Shown here: positions 46,532 through 55,536 of the stretch, one piece after another
Layout of the letters: each line of letters opens with the position of its first letter
How positions within the stretch are numbered: position 1 is the first letter of the stretch
Source: Candidatus Berkelbacteria bacterium
GTDB lineage: Bacteria; Patescibacteriota; UBA1384; CAILIB01
Direction: 5' to 3'
DNA length: 64,000 nucleotides
NCBI GenBank assembly: GCA_043751595.1
Contig: JAYUZR010000020.1
Coordinates: 336 to 64,335, forward strand
Notes under the pieces: model-generated
Seen by the model: only the letters and a program-made list of their open reading frames with translations
The model's database searches: none
What the model was told of the DNA's origin: nothing
Position numbers and translations under genes: made by a program

Positions 46532-48113
46532 TTCATCCACACGCCCAGATAAGTTATCTAACGCCGCCCTCTTCTTCTTAGTATTGGCGCCGCTTGTGGT
46601 GGTTAATTATGGTTTGTACGTTTTCAATCCTGAAAATATCAGCAGCCCTATCGTGTACGGCTTCCAGGTTCTGGCCGATTTCTTCTCGATTCTTACCGTA
46701 TCTGGGCTGTGGCTTACTATTTTGGTCGATCTTCTTACTCCGGCGCACCAGTTTACCGATCGCTCCACTCGCCGCCGCTGGCTTTTGGCTAACACGCCAA
46801 CTGCCGATATTTTTATTCCTACCGCCGGCGAGCCACCAGCCTTAGTTGCCAAAACGATTGCCGCTGCTGTGGCCATTAGCTATCCCCACAAAACCATTGT
46901 TTTGGATGATGGTCGATCAGACGCTATTAAAAAACTAGCTGCACAGTACGGCGCCGAATACGTCCGCCGCGATCACAACCGCAACGCCAAATCTGGCAAC
47001 ATTAATAACGGACTCGCCAAAAGCCAAGCCGAGTTCTTTGCCGTTTTGGATGCCGATTTTATTGCCGAGCCAAGCTTCTTAGAAGAGCTTCTAAGCTATA
47101 TGCAAGATAAAACGATTGCTTTTGTGCAATCTCCCCAGGCTTATACTAATTTGCAGCATTTTATCGCTAAGGGCACGGCGGCGGCTCAAGATATCTTCTA
47201 TAAATACGTGCTCCCTTCACGTAACTCCAGTGAATCTGCCTTTTGCGTAGGAACTAACGTAGTATTCCGACGTAAAGCGGTGGATGAAATTGGTGGCATT
47301 TTTGAGCTTGATCACTCCGAAGATATTTGGACGTCGTTAGTGCTTCACGAAAAAGGTTGGCGCTCTTTGTTTGTAAACAAGGTGCTAGCCCGCGGCCTGG
47401 CGCCAGATAACATGATCTCGTACTTTAAGCAGCAAAAGCGTTGGGCACAGGGTGGATTCTCAATTTTCTTTAAAAAGAATCCCTTGTTTATTGCCGGCCT
47501 TAGCTTTGATCAGCGCATGCAGTACCTGTTTACTTCCATGTTCTACTTTGTAGGCTTCTCGATTCTCACTTACCTCTTACTGCCGATTATTTACTTGATG
47601 ACAGGAGCGAGCCCGATTCATGCTCAAAGCTCTATTCAATGGGTGTGGCATTATCTTCCCTTCTTTGTGCTGTTCTACAGCATCCCTATTTTGCTGAATG
47701 GAAAGATTTCGGTGCCACTGGTAAGCACTGCGCTCGCCACCTTTGCACCGTTTATCCAAGCCTTTTTCAGTACCATTTTTGGGCAGCGCTACACCTGGGT
47801 AACCACCGCCTCTAATAAGTTCACCATTAAAGATCAGGTTAGCTTGTACCTGTGGCCGCATCTGATGCTCATCTCACTTTCGGTTTCTAGCGTTTTGGTA
47901 GCCTGGGTAGTGGTTCGCGATCCTACTAATACGGCAATCAATAGTTTTTGGGCCTTGGTAAATGCCTATCTCCTTGGTGTCTTTGTTCGTCGCAGCTTTG
48001 TGCCAGAAACTGAAGAAGAAGAGCCAGTACTCGTTATTACACCAAAACGCACAACCAAAAAGAGCACTCCTTCGCCTCAGGAAGAGCAGCCCCTGGATCA
48101 TCACCTAATCTGA
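46524..48113 (+). CDS. processive GT2 glucan synthase (BcsA/CrdS-like, no PilZ)
   Basis: DIFIPT, DDG, KSGNINN, DAD, QSPQ, FCVGTN, SED, QQKRW; N- and C-terminal TMs. Confidence 0.92.
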   Translation: MIDSSTRPDKLSNAALFFLVLAPLVVVNYGLYVFNPENISSPIVYGFQVLADFFSILTVSGLWLTILVDLLTPAHQFTDRSTRRRWLLANTPTADIFIPTAGEPPALVAKTIAAAVAISYPHKTIVLDDGRSDAIKKLAAQYGAEYVRRDHNRNAKSGNINNGLAKSQAEFFAVLDADFIAEPSFLEELLSYMQDKTIAFVQSPQAYTNLQHFIAKGTAAAQDIFYKYVLPSRNSSESAFCVGTNVVFRRKAVDEIGGIFELDHSEDIWTSLVLHEKGWRSLFVNKVLARGLAPDNMISYFKQQKRWAQGGFSIFFKKNPLFIAGLSFDQRMQYLFTSMFYFVGFSILTYLLLPIIYLMTGASPIHAQSSIQWVWHYLPFFVLFYSIPILLNGKISVPLVSTALATFAPFIQAFFSTIFGQRYTWVTTASNKFTIKDQVSLYLWPHLMLISLSVSSVLVAWVVVRDPTNTAINSFWALVNAYLLGVFVRRSFVPETEEEEPVLVITPKRTTKKSTPSPQEEQPLDHHLI

Positions 48114-48117
48114 TCAC

Positions 48118-48921
48118 ATGAAATCTACCACCGCCCAATCCGCCATCCTCACCTACGCTATTAACATTAGCGTCATCGCCCTGGTCTGCCTGGCCACCCT
48201 TGGCGTAACCGCCCTCGCCCTGGCCAATAAAGTAAGTGGCAACAAAAGAACGTCTACAGGAGCTGTTCTTACCGTGCAAAAGAAGGAGTTTAAGATTGTA
48301 AGCGCAACTTCTGGAACGGTGAGCAAGGTAGTGGCCAAGTCTGGAACCTTTGTAAAAAAGGGAGATCTTTTGGCCGAAACCGTGAATGAGATTCGCGATC
48401 GCCAGATTACTGTTCTTGAGAGCTTTGGCAATGCCAATGCCTCGGCCCAGACCCAGCTCGTACAGCTACAGATTGAGAAGGAAAAAGAAAAGATTTACGC
48501 CCCAACCACTGGCGTACTGGCCAACATTGATCAAGAAGGCGAGTACATCTGGCCACAGCAACAGGTAGGGCTTATCTATGCCGCCGAAGGAGTAGTCCTT
48601 ACCGCTAGCATTACGGCAGATGATTTTAAACTACTCCAGCAGCACACCGGGCCATTAAACCTTACCCAGTCCCGGCTTGAGCGCGATTACCAGGTAAACT
48701 TTGTCGGCAGTCGCACCGCCCTTACTAATGCCGAGTACCAAGAAAGTAAGATTGGGGCTGAGTTTTCTTTTGTAGATCCAGCCGACGCCGTTAATATGCT
48801 ACAAAACGAAAAACTTAAGCTCGATCTTACCCAGCTACACGACGATAGCCAGAACCGCCCATTCCAGGTAGTGCTTGATTGGTACGATAGTTTACTTACC
48901 AAGCTTGGGGCGGACCAGTAG
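48118..48921 (+). CDS. HlyD-like membrane fusion/adaptor protein
   Basis: N-terminal TM; SGTVSKV..G.FVKKGDLL, coiled coil, IYAPTTGV lipoyl halves. Confidence 0.85.
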   Translation: MKSTTAQSAILTYAINISVIALVCLATLGVTALALANKVSGNKRTSTGAVLTVQKKEFKIVSATSGTVSKVVAKSGTFVKKGDLLAETVNEIRDRQITVLESFGNANASAQTQLVQLQIEKEKEKIYAPTTGVLANIDQEGEYIWPQQQVGLIYAAEGVVLTASITADDFKLLQQHTGPLNLTQSRLERDYQVNFVGSRTALTNAEYQESKIGAEFSFVDPADAVNMLQNEKLKLDLTQLHDDSQNRPFQVVLDWYDSLLTKLGADQ

Positions 48922-48982
48922 CAGTTTGCAGAGTTTCTTTCTGCTGGAGCCTAGTTTTTTACAAGTCGCTTTAAGGCTGTTG

Positions 48983-49016
48983 TATCGGTAAATGATATAT
49001 ATCACTATGTGATATA
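48983..49016. promoter_or_regulatory. tandem palindromic operator (probable PadR site)
   Basis: TATC-N7-GATA twice (48983-48997, 49000-49014) directly before ATG. Confidence 0.6.
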
Positions 49017-49300
49017 TGAATCAGTTTATCTCACCCTCATTCCTTGTTCTTTCCGCCTTAGTCGACGGCGATAAGCATGGCTACGCCATCATGCAGTGGG
49101 TCGCTGCTAAAACCGAGGACAGCATTCACCTCGGCCCTGCCAGTCTCTACACCACTATCCGCAAACTTGAGCATTCAGGACTCATCTGCGAAGTCCCTGA
49201 TTCTGACCCGAAGCGCCGAACCTACCACTGCACCGATCTTGGCCAAAGCACGCTTGAGCAAGAGATGAAAACTGCCTTACTTCTTTTTAAGGCATCATGA
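49016..49300 (+). CDS. PadR family transcriptional regulator
   Basis: HGYAIM, GPASLY..IRKL...GLI, RRTY..T..G. Confidence 0.92.
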   Translation: MNQFISPSFLVLSALVDGDKHGYAIMQWVAAKTEDSIHLGPASLYTTIRKLEHSGLICEVPDSDPKRRTYHCTDLGQSTLEQEMKTALLLFKAS

Positions 49301-51003
49301 AATCAACTGATCTTACCCAGCAAAAAGAGCGCTCATTAAAAACACTTAGTTTTTTGGTCGGCCTCTACCCCCTCGCTTTTCAGGAACGACACGGGGAAGA
49401 AATGAAAGAGCACTACCACCAGACTATTTCTCAGGCGGCCAAGCACGGCGATAGCCTTATTCTTAGCGAACACTTCTTGGGCCTGCTCCTAGAACTTCCC
49501 GCCAGCCTTAGTACTGAGTGGTGGCATCACCTAGTATATAAAACCACTAGTACGCAAGAACGAGTCGCCATCAGTATCGAGTACAGCAAAAAGCCGAGCC
49601 TTGTCTGGGCAATTCTTGCCTGCATCTACTTTTATATCGGTCCGCAACTTTCTTCATTCACCTACTTTTTAGCCTTTCCTGGAGTGGATAGCGCTTCTAC
49701 CTTAGTATTTTGGCTACCGATTGTTATTTGGTGGATATCGCTCGGAGTGGCAACCTTCCGGTTTACCAAAAGGCTTTTCATTGGCTTTTTGGCACTCATT
49801 CCTCTTCCACTTATTCTTCTGGGGTATAGCACCCTCTTCCCGGTTGGAATCTATGGGTTTTTGGATGATAGCTTCTTCGCCCTGGCGTTTATCATTCAAT
49901 ACTTTTCCGTTTTCTTCATTTTTAAACACCCGGAACGGTTTAAGCGTAAAGACCTAAGTGCAGTAAGTGCGAAAGACAGTGAAAGCTACACTACCTTTAC
50001 AAAAACCCGAAGAAACCGCCGACTGATTACCTTTGGAGTTGTATTTGGCTTGATACTATTTGCCAATGGGATCGCCTATGGCGTAGATCAGGCCGTAGAG
50101 GTCACTCCAATCGAGCCACTGCTTATGTACGGTGCTGGGCAGTCTAGGATGTACTTAATGACTTCCATTGAGGATATTGCACCTAAGGATCGTGGTGAAA
50201 AGATTACTGACTACATCAATAGTCCTGCCGCTCTCCCAGTTCCGCAAGATGTACAGAAAGAAGTTAGCACTCGGTATGTCTCATCTAAAAAGGCACTGGA
50301 GATTCTAGATAGCGTCGCCCTGCGCTCATGGGACTTTGACCCTACAATCTCAATGGAACGCCCAAATGACTTTGCCGCTACTCTCTCAATGCAAGTTGTC
50401 TCATTGCATGGATTAGCCACCAATAACGCAGAAGATATTCACCTAGTCTTTTCTTGTCTTCAAAAGTACCTTTCTGCCCAGGGCAAGCTTGAGTTCGATT
50501 ACTTTTCTGGGACTAAACTCCTAGCCCGGCAGCTTGAGCAGTACCAGCTTATTTCAGCAAGTTTTACCCAAGAAGAACGCCAAGAAATAGTGGCGATTCT
50601 CACCAAGTTGCCCGATCTTCACCGAGCCTACTCCGCCGCCATTGCCCACGAATATCAGGTGCAAACTACGTGGGATTCTACTCTCGACTTTTACAAAACC
50701 CTGCGCTACATGCCGTATGTATTTATGCCAAATACCACTCATGCACGAGCGGCAAAGTTTTTTAAAGCAGCACAAGAGCGAATGCTAGCAGCGTGCACAC
50801 CAGAAGATGCGGTGGCACAGTTATCGATTCAAGATGGAAGTGGCTTCATGGAGTATAAGGTCTCAACCATTTTGACTCCAAATTCAATTGGAAACTGGAT
50901 GACAAGTGACCGAGTTCCCCCTTCGGCTGATACCTACCGGATTAACGGCAAGCGCAACTTATGTAGGGCGGAGGCAAAGTTAAACGAGGTACTTAAGAGT
51001 TAA
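49297..51003 (+). CDS. PadR-associated membrane protein
   Basis: LYP.AFQERHGEEM N-terminus, about five TMs, large C-terminal domain; ATGA overlap. Confidence 0.75.
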   Translation: MKSTDLTQQKERSLKTLSFLVGLYPLAFQERHGEEMKEHYHQTISQAAKHGDSLILSEHFLGLLLELPASLSTEWWHHLVYKTTSTQERVAISIEYSKKPSLVWAILACIYFYIGPQLSSFTYFLAFPGVDSASTLVFWLPIVIWWISLGVATFRFTKRLFIGFLALIPLPLILLGYSTLFPVGIYGFLDDSFFALAFIIQYFSVFFIFKHPERFKRKDLSAVSAKDSESYTTFTKTRRNRRLITFGVVFGLILFANGIAYGVDQAVEVTPIEPLLMYGAGQSRMYLMTSIEDIAPKDRGEKITDYINSPAALPVPQDVQKEVSTRYVSSKKALEILDSVALRSWDFDPTISMERPNDFAATLSMQVVSLHGLATNNAEDIHLVFSCLQKYLSAQGKLEFDYFSGTKLLARQLEQYQLISASFTQEERQEIVAILTKLPDLHRAYSAAIAHEYQVQTTWDSTLDFYKTLRYMPYVFMPNTTHARAAKFFKAAQERMLAACTPEDAVAQLSIQDGSGFMEYKVSTILTPNSIGNWMTSDRVPPSADTYRINGKRNLCRAEAKLNEVLKS

Positions 51004-51991
51004 GCAGCCTTCTCAGTGCCTCAAGCCGTTGCTCATAATACCCCCTAAAAACTCCCTCTTCGCGGCGTAATAACTCAGCGCCAGTACCCAACCGCTCGCG
51101 CTCAAGGTTGCCGAGCGACCAAACAAGATCGGCAATTCTGGAGCCTAGATCGTGAACAGTGATCCTCGCTTGCAAATAGGGATCTGCATGACGCTCCTCA
51201 TACGCCGCGAGAAAGCCCTCTTTAAACTCGGAACTAACATGATTAACCGTAAAGAGAAACGATAACTCAGCCGCAGGGTCACCATACTCCGACTCACTCC
51301 AATCGATGAAGGTAATACCCTGGTCGTGCCACAGCACGTTCCCGGGATTGGGGTCGCCGTGTAGGAGTGCAAAGGAAGAGCCTGCAAAGGCTCTAGCATT
51401 CTGCTGAATATGCTCTTCATACCTAGTAATAGCACGATTCAACAACTGAGCCGCCTCAGAGTAATGCTCCAGATTAACCTTACCTAGAGGAGTTATCACC
51501 CAGGTTTGGTGCGCTGCCTTAGCCGCATCTAAGTAGGTTCCTTCTTGGTGCGGAGTACCGGGAGACGGAGAAAAGGTAGGGCTACGTTGAGCGTGAATAT
51601 CGGCCAGCACTCCAGCTAAGGCCTGTACATGCTCCTTAGGCATGGCATCGTATGAGCGGTGCTCACCTGGGATAAACTCCATCAACAAAAAGGAACCTGG
51701 AAGAAAGTCAGGATTACCGAGATGGTACACTCTGGGAGCCAGTACACCATCTAGAACCTTAAGCCTTGTATGCTCATGCACGATCACATCCACCCCATCC
51801 TCTTGAGGGGTTGGATAAAACCGCAGTACGTGCGAAGGGCGCTCATCACCTTTGAAGTGGACTGAGTAGTTTACATTGTGATGCCCACCACTTAGCCGAT
51901 TAAGTTGGAACGGCGCATGGGTATCGCGTCCGAAAACGGAAGGATGAAGTCCAGAAAGATGATCAGAGAGCTGAGTGAGGAGTTCGGACAT
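50993..51991 (-). CDS. APH/choline kinase family phosphotransferase
   Basis: GGHHN, LMEFIPG, HGDPNPGN, IDW, GDP. Confidence 0.9.
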   Translation of the reverse strand: MSELLTQLSDHLSGLHPSVFGRDTHAPFQLNRLSGGHHNVNYSVHFKGDERPSHVLRFYPTPQEDGVDVIVHEHTRLKVLDGVLAPRVYHLGNPDFLPGSFLLMEFIPGEHRSYDAMPKEHVQALAGVLADIHAQRSPTFSPSPGTPHQEGTYLDAAKAAHQTWVITPLGKVNLEHYSEAAQLLNRAITRYEEHIQQNARAFAGSSFALLHGDPNPGNVLWHDQGITFIDWSESEYGDPAAELSFLFTVNHVSSEFKEGFLAAYEERHADPYLQARITVHDLGSRIADLVWSLGNLERERLGTGAELLRREEGVFRGYYEQRLEALRRLLNS

Positions 51992-52127
51992 ACTGACAGG
52001 ATAGCAAATACTAGAGACGACTTCACTAGATGCAACCCAATAAAACCTGTAATACTTGCACCATGCACACACCCTCTTACGAAATTGAGGCGAATTACGT
52101 GGCACCAAACTAATAAGTAGTATCGAA

Positions 52128-52703
52128 ATGGAAGAAGCACCAAACAAACTTGGAGAAGTCTTATTTGAAAATCGCACCATCTCGAGAAAGAGCAACGAAC
52201 TCCTACTTCAATACATCGCAATCACCGCATTTAGCGGACTCTTTGGCTTAGTATTCTCAGCGATAGTTGGCAGTAATTACTTGATTACAGGCCTCATTAC
52301 TATTTCGCCAATACTAGCGCTCGCACTGTATCAAAAACTCAGTGGAGGTTTTCGTACTTTCATTCTCTACGAGAAGGCCATTATTGACCTGCCCTCCGGC
52401 ACCATGACCACCGTTGATCGCATCACTGAGGTTCAGGTTTCTGTAGTTGCTGGTAGTAACTACAAAGTCCATATCATTACCGATACCGGTCGTGCTTCCT
52501 ATCCCTTGTATTGGGCGGGTGTTGATCCATTACAATCTGATGCCCTACAACAAAACCCTGGCTTAAAAAAGTTTGAAGTAGCACTAGAAAAACTTGGGTT
52601 TACCAAAGAGCCCTTTTATAGTTCGAGCGAAGCCGCACTAAGTCGGGTAACCCTTTTCCTCCTTAATCGTAAGGTTGTATATCGGTATAGACGGACCAAA
52701 TAA
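52128..52703 (+). CDS. hypothetical two-TM protein
   Basis: 191-aa ORF with two hydrophobic helices. Confidence 0.65.
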   Translation: MEEAPNKLGEVLFENRTISRKSNELLLQYIAITAFSGLFGLVFSAIVGSNYLITGLITISPILALALYQKLSGGFRTFILYEKAIIDLPSGTMTTVDRITEVQVSVVAGSNYKVHIITDTGRASYPLYWAGVDPLQSDALQQNPGLKKFEVALEKLGFTKEPFYSSSEAALSRVTLFLLNRKVVYRYRRTK

Positions 52704-52715
52704 GACCTCTCGAGA

Positions 52716-53366
52716 CTAGTTTTGTATCTCATCGTAGCTAGCCAGGTTTTCGCCGCTATACGCATCGATGTATACGCGCCAGTTAGTAAGCTTAATAAAC
52801 CACGCAAGGTGAGGAACCCCCTCGTAACGGATGAATACCTTTTGCGGATCATCCTTAACATCAGCTCGCACTACCGTATAGGTTTGAGGATGCTTATTAA
52901 TATCGTAGCGAACAAGCTCTTTTCCGATTAATGTATCGAGCGCCTGATCTGCCGAGATATCCGCCTTCGTTGGCGTTGTGCCCGGAATGCTTAGATAGCG
53001 CCCCGTCTGCACTATTGGCATCTTTGCCAGATCCTTTGGTACATCGACCATAAACTGGTTTTCAGCGATGGCAATACCTTGAAACCTAGCCTGATTAAAG
53101 GTTATCGAATATGCACTGCCGCCATCAAAAACCTTTACCAGCTCTACTTGATCAGCAGCTGGCACCGCACTTTCCTCGCCCTGAATAAGCGCCTGCTTTG
53201 CGGCAATAACCGATGATGCCTCATCGCGCTGCGCTACTTGCTTGGTCGCCACTGCAAGGGCAGCGGACTTCTGACTCTGCCGAGTAAGCGCGAACTGAAC
53301 AATAGTAAGTAGCCCCAAGATACTTACCACCACCAAAGAAACAAGCAAGCGATTAGTTGAGCGCAT
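52716..53366 (-). CDS. membrane-anchored PepSY-like domain protein
   Basis: ISADQA, LAW, VYIDAYSGE. Confidence 0.7.
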   Translation of the reverse strand: MRSTNRLLVSLVVVSILGLLTIVQFALTRQSQKSAALAVATKQVAQRDEASSVIAAKQALIQGEESAVPAADQVELVKVFDGGSAYSITFNQARFQGIAIAENQFMVDVPKDLAKMPIVQTGRYLSIPGTTPTKADISADQALDTLIGKELVRYDINKHPQTYTVVRADVKDDPQKVFIRYEGVPHLAWFIKLTNWRVYIDAYSGENLASYDEIQN

Positions 53367-53441
53367 TATAATGCTTATAGTTGATGCGCTTATAGTACTA
53401 CTGCCATTTTGACAGGTAAATCAGACATCAGAAAAAGACAG

Positions 53442-54194
53442 TTAGAGTGATTGAGTAAGACTCAGTAGGACAGCATGAGTCGCTTGATTACCACCAATAA
53501 ACTCCCTGTCCTCGGCGCTAATATCTAGCGAACCATCAAAAGAAGTGAATACACCTCCCGCCTCCTCTAGAATAAGCTTACCGGCAAATTCAGGAAAAAC
53601 ATCTTTGGTGAGACTTAAAAATCCATCGTATCGGCCAGCTGCCGTCCAACAATAACTAACAGCAAAAGAGGCGGGGTTTCGGTAAGCAGAAAAGTGATGA
53701 ACAATATCCCAGCCCTTATCACCAGCAATAGTCCCCTCCTGTTTTTTACTGAGATTATAGACCACTTTTTTTGAGTCGCTAGAAACGTGAATAGGGCTGC
53801 CATTTAAGGTTGTACCCTTTCCTTTTTCGGCAACAAATAGTTCTTGCACCGAAGGATCGTACACAGCTGCGAAGACAGGCTCACCATTCTTTAAGTGACT
53901 AATAACACAAGCGTAGTGTGGGATGCCGGCAATAAAAGATGAGGCTCCGCTGATAGGATCGATCACCCAGACATCTTCATTGTCTTTGTACTGATCATGC
54001 TCTTCTTCGGCAAATATATGATGGTCTGGATATGTGCCGTGAATGAGCGTAACCAATTCTCGCTCAATACGCAGATCTTCTTCAGTTAAGTATTCTTTAA
54101 GAACGCCAATATCGGCTACGTTTCCGGTTTTGGTGAGTAGTCGTTTGCCCGAAACAACTAGCTGATCGATGAGGGTTTTGTAGAGGGAGTCCAT
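53442..54194 (-). CDS. inositol monophosphatase family protein (second copy)
   Basis: AEE, WVIDPISG, AGRYDG, ILEEAGG. Confidence 0.88.
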   Translation of the reverse strand: MDSLYKTLIDQLVVSGKRLLTKTGNVADIGVLKEYLTEEDLRIERELVTLIHGTYPDHHIFAEEEHDQYKDNEDVWVIDPISGASSFIAGIPHYACVISHLKNGEPVFAAVYDPSVQELFVAEKGKGTTLNGSPIHVSSDSKKVVYNLSKKQEGTIAGDKGWDIVHHFSAYRNPASFAVSYCWTAAGRYDGFLSLTKDVFPEFAGKLILEEAGGVFTSFDGSLDISAEDREFIGGNQATHAVLLSLTQSL

Positions 54195-54283
54195 GAGTAG
54201 ATGGTAGCAGAATAGGATCAACTCCACTTGACTAGTAGTGGCACAAAGTTAGTCTAGGCTCATGGAGATACATAACCAATCCC

Positions 54284-54997
54284 ATGAAATCACTCCATCC
54301 GCTCCAACTAGAAATCCTTCAGAAACTTCTTTTCTCCACTTCCCTTCGCTTTACCGACCTTAGACCAAACGAAGAAGTAGAGAATAATCAACTAGATTTT
54401 CATCTTCATAAGCTAATAGAGCTGAGCTACGTAGAAAAACGTGGCCTTGGATACGGCTTAACCTCACTTGGAAAGGAGTACGCCGGTAGAATCGATACAT
54501 CCAACCGACTTATCACTCGGCAAGGAAAGATTGGTGTCATTATTGGCTGTATTCGGGAGCGAAATGGCGAGAATGAGTTTCTTTTTTACACCCGCCTTAA
54601 GCAACCATTTTTTGAATGCCAGGGATTTCCTACCGGTAAGATCCAATTTGGCGAGAGCATTGTAGAAACGGCTGAACGAGAGTTATTTGAGGAAACCGGA
54701 TTAACCGGCAAGGCATCTGTTATTCAGCTTACCCATTATCGAGTACGAGCCATCGGTACCTCTGAGCTACTCGAGGATAAGTACTTATTCCTCTGCAAAG
54801 TGTCCGAGCCCGAAGGCGAGCTAATAGAGCGATCGGAAGAGGGCTTGTATTACTGGGTGAAGGAATCAGAAGTAGAAACAGTCATCACTAATCCCTTTGA
54901 TCCTATTGATGAATATCCGCGAGGAATTGAGCTACTTAAGAAAGATAATCCGATGGTTGAGATCATTGAGATTGAGCATGAGGGGAAGAAGTTTTAG
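54284..54997 (+). CDS. winged-helix plus NUDIX fusion protein
   Basis: N-terminal wHTH (FHLHKL..YVEK..Y.LT..G); GKIQFGESIVETAERELFEETG. Confidence 0.88.
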   Translation: MKSLHPLQLEILQKLLFSTSLRFTDLRPNEEVENNQLDFHLHKLIELSYVEKRGLGYGLTSLGKEYAGRIDTSNRLITRQGKIGVIIGCIRERNGENEFLFYTRLKQPFFECQGFPTGKIQFGESIVETAERELFEETGLTGKASVIQLTHYRVRAIGTSELLEDKYLFLCKVSEPEGELIERSEEGLYYWVKESEVETVITNPFDPIDEYPRGIELLKKDNPMVEIIEIEHEGKKF

Positions 54998-55092
54998 GTC
55001 GGGGAAAGAGGAAGTCGCGCTTCGCGCTCAACATTTCTCCATACTTCCTTAGTAGAAATGGTGAACCTTGGTTTCAAGCCTCGCTTCGCGAC
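54997..55092 (-). repeat. interrupted duplicate of tRNA-Pro T-arm and 3' end with GCGAAGC hairpins
   Basis: GGTCGGGGAAAGAGGA at 54997-55012 identical to 55131-55146; two CGCTTCGCG motifs. Confidence 0.85.
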
Positions 55093-55130
55093 ATACCAAA
55101 AGAACCGCCGTTAGGCGGTTCTTTTGGTAT
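55093..55130 (-). terminator. terminator after tRNA-Pro
   Basis: perfect 17-bp inverted repeat ATACCAAAAGAACCGCC-gtta-GGCGGTTCTTTTGGTAT. Confidence 0.8.
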
Positions 55131-55206
55131 GGTCGGGGAAAGAGGATTTGAACCTCCGATCTCCGGACCCCCAGCCCGGCGCACTAGGCCACTATGCTAT
55201 TCCCCG
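55130..55206 (-). tRNA. tRNA-Pro(GGG)
   Basis: CGGGGAA/TTCCCCG acceptor stem, CCGGG-CTGGGGG-TCCGG arm, GGTTCAAATCC, CCA. Confidence 0.96.
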
Positions 55207-55284
55207 AGAGAGTGAGGCAGAAAAGTAAGCTAGCTTACTTTTTGCCGAGCGAATGAGGGGAGATATCGCGAAGCGATATTACCC
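55207..55284 (-). repeat. tRNA 5'-flanking palindromic element, copy 2
   Basis: reverse complement of 55245-55260 equals 528-543; same architecture as 495-583. Confidence 0.85.
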
Positions 55285-55468
55285 GAATCTTAACTGGAGC
55301 ACTTACAAGGGGGATTCCGACATAAAGAAAGATGACCCCCTTTCCTCGTATGCGGCCTGGATCTAATTCCAGGTGGGTAACCTCACGCATAGCCCACGGG
55401 CTATGCAAATATTGGAATTCCCGTAGCGTTTGATGGTGACCACATACGAAGCGGTAGGTCGCTGGCAT
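55235..55468 (-). CDS. possible small protein (77 aa)
   Basis: GGAGG SD before ATG, but the C-terminus runs into the repeat element. Confidence 0.3.
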   Translation of the reverse strand: MPATYRFVCGHHQTLREFQYLHSPWAMREVTHLELDPGRIRGKGVIFLYVGIPLVSAPVKIRVISLRDISPHSLGKK

Positions 55469-55536
55469 CCTACCTCCATCTGCCAGATATATCAAGCTTT
55501 CGCACACTGCTAAAAACTTGGTATACTCTCACGTAT

